The notes under the pieces: generated by a model
The model's input: only the letters and a program-made list of their open reading frames with translations
Told to the model about the DNA's origin: nothing
Databases searched by the model: none
Part shown: piece by piece, positions 61,326 to 64,000 of the stretch
Layout of the letters: each line of letters opens with the position of its first letter
Position numbering within the stretch: position 1 is the first letter of the stretch
Origin: Bacteroidaceae bacterium
Lineage (GTDB): Bacteria; Bacteroidota; Bacteroidia; Bacteroidales; Bacteroidaceae
DNA length: 64,000 nt
Direction: 5' to 3'
Assembly (NCBI GenBank): GCA_045534785.1
Contig: JAZSKJ010000032.1
Location: 18,777 to 82,776 of the forward strand
Position numbers and translations under genes: made by a program

Positions 61326-63392
61326 ATGAAAAGAGTAACGCTGTCAGCTGTGGCTGTCTGCATATCTGTACTGATGCAGGCCCAGCCTACGCTTAAGATT
61401 GATACCCGGGCCCGTGAGATTCCGGTTCAGGAGACCATGTACGGCCTGTTCTTTGAGGATATAAACTATGCTGCCGACGGCGGACTGTATGCCGAGCTTG
61501 TCAAGAACCGTTCCTTTGAGTTTGACAACCCGCTTATGGGGTGGACCACATTCGGGAATGTGCAGGTGCGCGATGACGGCCCGTTTGAGCGCTGTCCGCA
61601 CTATGTGCGCATAGGTTATGCCGGCCATCCGGTCATGTTCAGCGGCATAGAGAACGAAGGTTTTTTCGGAATGGGCATAGAGGAGGGCAAGCAGTACAGG
61701 TTCAGCGTATGGGCACGTACGGCCCCTTTCGGAAAGAAAGGCAAGCCTGCCGCCAAGGAGTTTGTCACTTTCCATCTGTGCGATGACGACACCATGGGTG
61801 AGAACCAGATGTTCTTTGATGAGGTAATAGAGGTGGAGGGCAAGGAGTGGAAGAGATATGAGGTGGTGTTTACCGCCCCACGAACCGTGAGCGATGCCAC
61901 CCTGAGGATCTATCTGGAGACCTGGAGTGAGGATGAGAGCGTGGAGTACCGCAAGGACTGCTGCGTGGACCTGGAGCATATATCGCTGTTTCCGGTAGAT
62001 ACATATAACAACGATGAGAACGGGATGCGTGCCGATATTGCACAGGCTCTGGCTGACCTCAAGCCGGGTGTACTGCGTTTTCCGGGCGGCTGTATTGTAG
62101 AGGGTACCACACTGGAGCAGCGCTACCAGTGGAAAAACAGCGTGGGTCCGGTAGAGAACCGTCCAGTAAACATGAACCGCTGGAACTACACCTTTGCCGA
62201 GCGGCAGTTCCCTGACTATTACCAGAGCTACGGCCTGGGATTCTATGAGTTTTTCCGTTTTGCCGAGGAGATAGGCGCCGAGGCCCTGCCGGTAATAAGC
62301 TGCGGTATGGCCTGCCAGTTCCAGAACGATCCCAACGATAAGCCCCATGCCGCTCTGAAAGAGCTACAGCCTTATATTGATGACGCTCTGGACCTGATTG
62401 AGTTTGCAAACGGTCCCGCCACATCAAAGTGGGGTAAGGTGCGTGCCGACATGGGTCATCCTGCTCCGTTCAACCTGCACTATCTGGCTGTGGGTAACGA
62501 GCAGTGGGGCGATGATTTCATAGAGCACCTTAAGCCGTTTGTGGAGCAGATACGAGCCAAATATCCGGATATCAAGCTGATAGGCTCATCGGGACCGTAC
62601 TCCGGCGGCGAGTGGTTCAATGACCTGTGGCCGCAGATGCGTGAGCTGGGCTGTGACCTGGTAGATGAGCATTTCTACAGCAGCGAGTCATTCTTTGAGA
62701 ACAACGCCACACGTTATGACAACTATCCGCGCGAGGGGACCAAGGTGTTTGCCGGAGAGTATGCTTGTCATGGTGCCGACGGCAAGAAACTGAACCATTT
62801 CAATGCGGCGCTGGTGGAATCGGCCTTCATGACCGGAATGGAGCGCAATGCCGATGTGGTATATATGGCTACTTACGCCCCGCTGCTGGCGCACGTCAAG
62901 GGTTGGCAGTGGCGTCCGGACCTGGTCTGGTTTGACAATACCCGCATAATGCGCAGCTGCAGCTATTATGTACAGCAGCTTTACTCACTGAACAAGGGTG
63001 ATTATGTGCTGCCTGCGCTTGTTGACGGCAAGCCGCTTACCGGACAGCAGCAGCTGTATGCATCGGCAGTGATGCAGGACAGTGAGATAATAGTCAAGAT
63101 TACCAACCTGAGCCGTTACAGCCAGACTCTGAACATTGAGCTGGATGGCCTGCAGGGCCCGGTGACCGGGGGTACGCTGACCACCTTGTATTCATCGGAC
63201 GCCATGGCCGAGAATACTCTGGACAATCCGGACAAGGTGGTGCCCGTGACTGTCAATGTGGATATGGCGCCCTGCCTGAATCCGCAGGACTACTGGCAGA
63301 AGGGATGGTACACAAATGAGCAGGGTGACCGGGTGCTCAAGACATCGGTTGCCGGCAGCACTTTCTCTGTGTTCAAGTTTAAGATAAGATAA
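61326..63392 (+). CDS. GH51-family alpha-L-arabinofuranosidase
   Basis: The track ORF begins at a TTG (61320); the first ATG is at 61326 (MKRVTLSAVAVCISVLMQA). Motifs: GLFFEDINYAADGGLYAELVKNRSFE, LRFPGGCIVEG, LAVGNEQWG (acid/base Glu context), FAGEYA (nucleophile context). Confidence 0.8.
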   Translation: MKRVTLSAVAVCISVLMQAQPTLKIDTRAREIPVQETMYGLFFEDINYAADGGLYAELVKNRSFEFDNPLMGWTTFGNVQVRDDGPFERCPHYVRIGYAGHPVMFSGIENEGFFGMGIEEGKQYRFSVWARTAPFGKKGKPAAKEFVTFHLCDDDTMGENQMFFDEVIEVEGKEWKRYEVVFTAPRTVSDATLRIYLETWSEDESVEYRKDCCVDLEHISLFPVDTYNNDENGMRADIAQALADLKPGVLRFPGGCIVEGTTLEQRYQWKNSVGPVENRPVNMNRWNYTFAERQFPDYYQSYGLGFYEFFRFAEEIGAEALPVISCGMACQFQNDPNDKPHAALKELQPYIDDALDLIEFANGPATSKWGKVRADMGHPAPFNLHYLAVGNEQWGDDFIEHLKPFVEQIRAKYPDIKLIGSSGPYSGGEWFNDLWPQMRELGCDLVDEHFYSSESFFENNATRYDNYPREGTKVFAGEYACHGADGKKLNHFNAALVESAFMTGMERNADVVYMATYAPLLAHVKGWQWRPDLVWFDNTRIMRSCSYYVQQLYSLNKGDYVLPALVDGKPLTGQQQLYASAVMQDSEIIVKITNLSRYSQTLNIELDGLQGPVTGGTLTTLYSSDAMAENTLDNPDKVVPVTVNVDMAPCLNPQDYWQKGWYTNEQGDRVLKTSVAGSTFSVFKFKIR

Positions 63393-64000
63393 TGGTGAGA
63401 CGTTATATCAGACTGATGGCAGGCATGATGGCCATGATTCTGGTGGCCGGATGCGTTAAGGAGGATGAAGACTTTGAGTTACCGGAGAAAGGGCAGGAAG
63501 GCCCCCCTGCAAAGGAATCTTTCAGTTTTACTGACCCTGCCCGGGACAGTTTCTATAATTTTGACGTAACCGAGGTCAGCATCAAAACGGAACGCAACCG
63601 CAGGATAAACTCCAAGAAGACCTATATCCCGTGTACCGTGACTGTTACGGCCAATGAGTCTATAAAGGGCTTTGAGGCGACGGCGAAGATTCGCGGACGC
63701 GGCAACTCTACCTGGGAGTGGTATGCCAAGAAACCGTACAGGCTCAAACTGGACGAGAGCGCACAGTTTCTGGGTTTGCCCAAGAACCGTGACTGGGTGT
63801 TTATGGCCGATTACCGTGATGTTACCCATCTGATGAATATGGTGGGATTCGGGCTGGCACGCTGTCTGGAGGTTCCTTACGCCAATCATATACGTTACGT
63901 GCATCTGGAACTGAACGGTGATGACATGGGACTGTACGCCGTTACCGAGCAGGTGGAGGAGGGCGGTCACCGTGTTGTCCTGGACCCCGATGAGGGTATC
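63392..64000 (+). CDS. CotH-like (CotH kinase family) lipoprotein, 5' 203 codons only; runs off the right edge
   Basis: Not in the track because no stop lies in the window. The ATG overlaps the GH51 stop (TAATG). Hand translation: MVRRYIRLMAGMMAMILVAGCVKEDE...YIPCTVTVTANESIKGFEATAKIRGRGNSTWEWYAKKPYRLKLDESAQFLGLPKNRDWVFMADYRDVTHLMNMVGFGLARCLEVPYANHIRYVHLELNGDDMGLYAVTEQVEEG. The pattern RG(N)S(T/S)...KK(P/S)Y.LKL...W.L.A...D.T..N..Y(V/I).L..NG...G(L)Y is what I remember for CotH domains. Confidence 0.6.
   Translation, partial: MVRRYIRLMAGMMAMILVAGCVKEDEDFELPEKGQEGPPAKESFSFTDPARDSFYNFDVTEVSIKTERNRRINSKKTYIPCTVTVTANESIKGFEATAKIRGRGNSTWEWYAKKPYRLKLDESAQFLGLPKNRDWVFMADYRDVTHLMNMVGFGLARCLEVPYANHIRYVHLELNGDDMGLYAVTEQVEEGGHRVVLDPDEGI

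Overview
This looks like a Bacteroidales chromosomal segment. Evidence: a SusC/SusD pair, many lipoproteins with Cys-ending signal peptides, a T9SS C-terminal sorting domain, and TAnnTTTG-type promoter boxes. I saw no rRNA, tRNA, CRISPR array, transposase, integrase or phage genes.

Block 1 (1-27.6 kb, all minus strand). In transcription order it holds a DUF5119-like lipoprotein, a 67-aa membrane protein, and eleven tandem fimbrillin-like (type V pilin) lipoprotein paralogues. Two of these carry long Asp-rich DxDxDG calcium-binding-type inserts. The block ends in a giant ORF of at least 3,727 codons with a signal peptide, a glycine-turn beta-helix region and a GLUG-like motif. This ORF runs off the left edge and is missing from the supplied ORF track because its stop is outside the window. 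A polytopic membrane AraC-type regulator is encoded divergently at 27.9-29.2 kb.

Block 2 (29.3-40.9 kb, plus strand). It holds a V-type ATPase operon (E, DUF2764, A, B, D, I, K), then a 1,304-aa YD-like-repeat protein ending in a T9SS sorting domain. A roughly 30-nt hairpin element recurs four times in the intergenic gaps.

Block 3 (40.9-64 kb). This is a polysaccharide/glycoprotein utilisation locus with:
- a kinase-less HTCS-like sensor/AraC regulator;
- SusC, SusD and a repeat-containing surface lipoprotein;
- two HExxH zincin-like lipoproteins;
- two GH127/GH146-type beta-L-arabinofuranosidase-family enzymes, plus GH97 and GH51;
- a 5'-partial CotH-like lipoprotein.

The strongest candidate for something new is block 1. 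It is an outsized type V pilus-like locus whose last gene is a giant adhesin-like protein, with calcium-repeat spacers inserted in front of the pilin C-terminal strands.

All family assignments come from motif recognition by eye. No searches were run.
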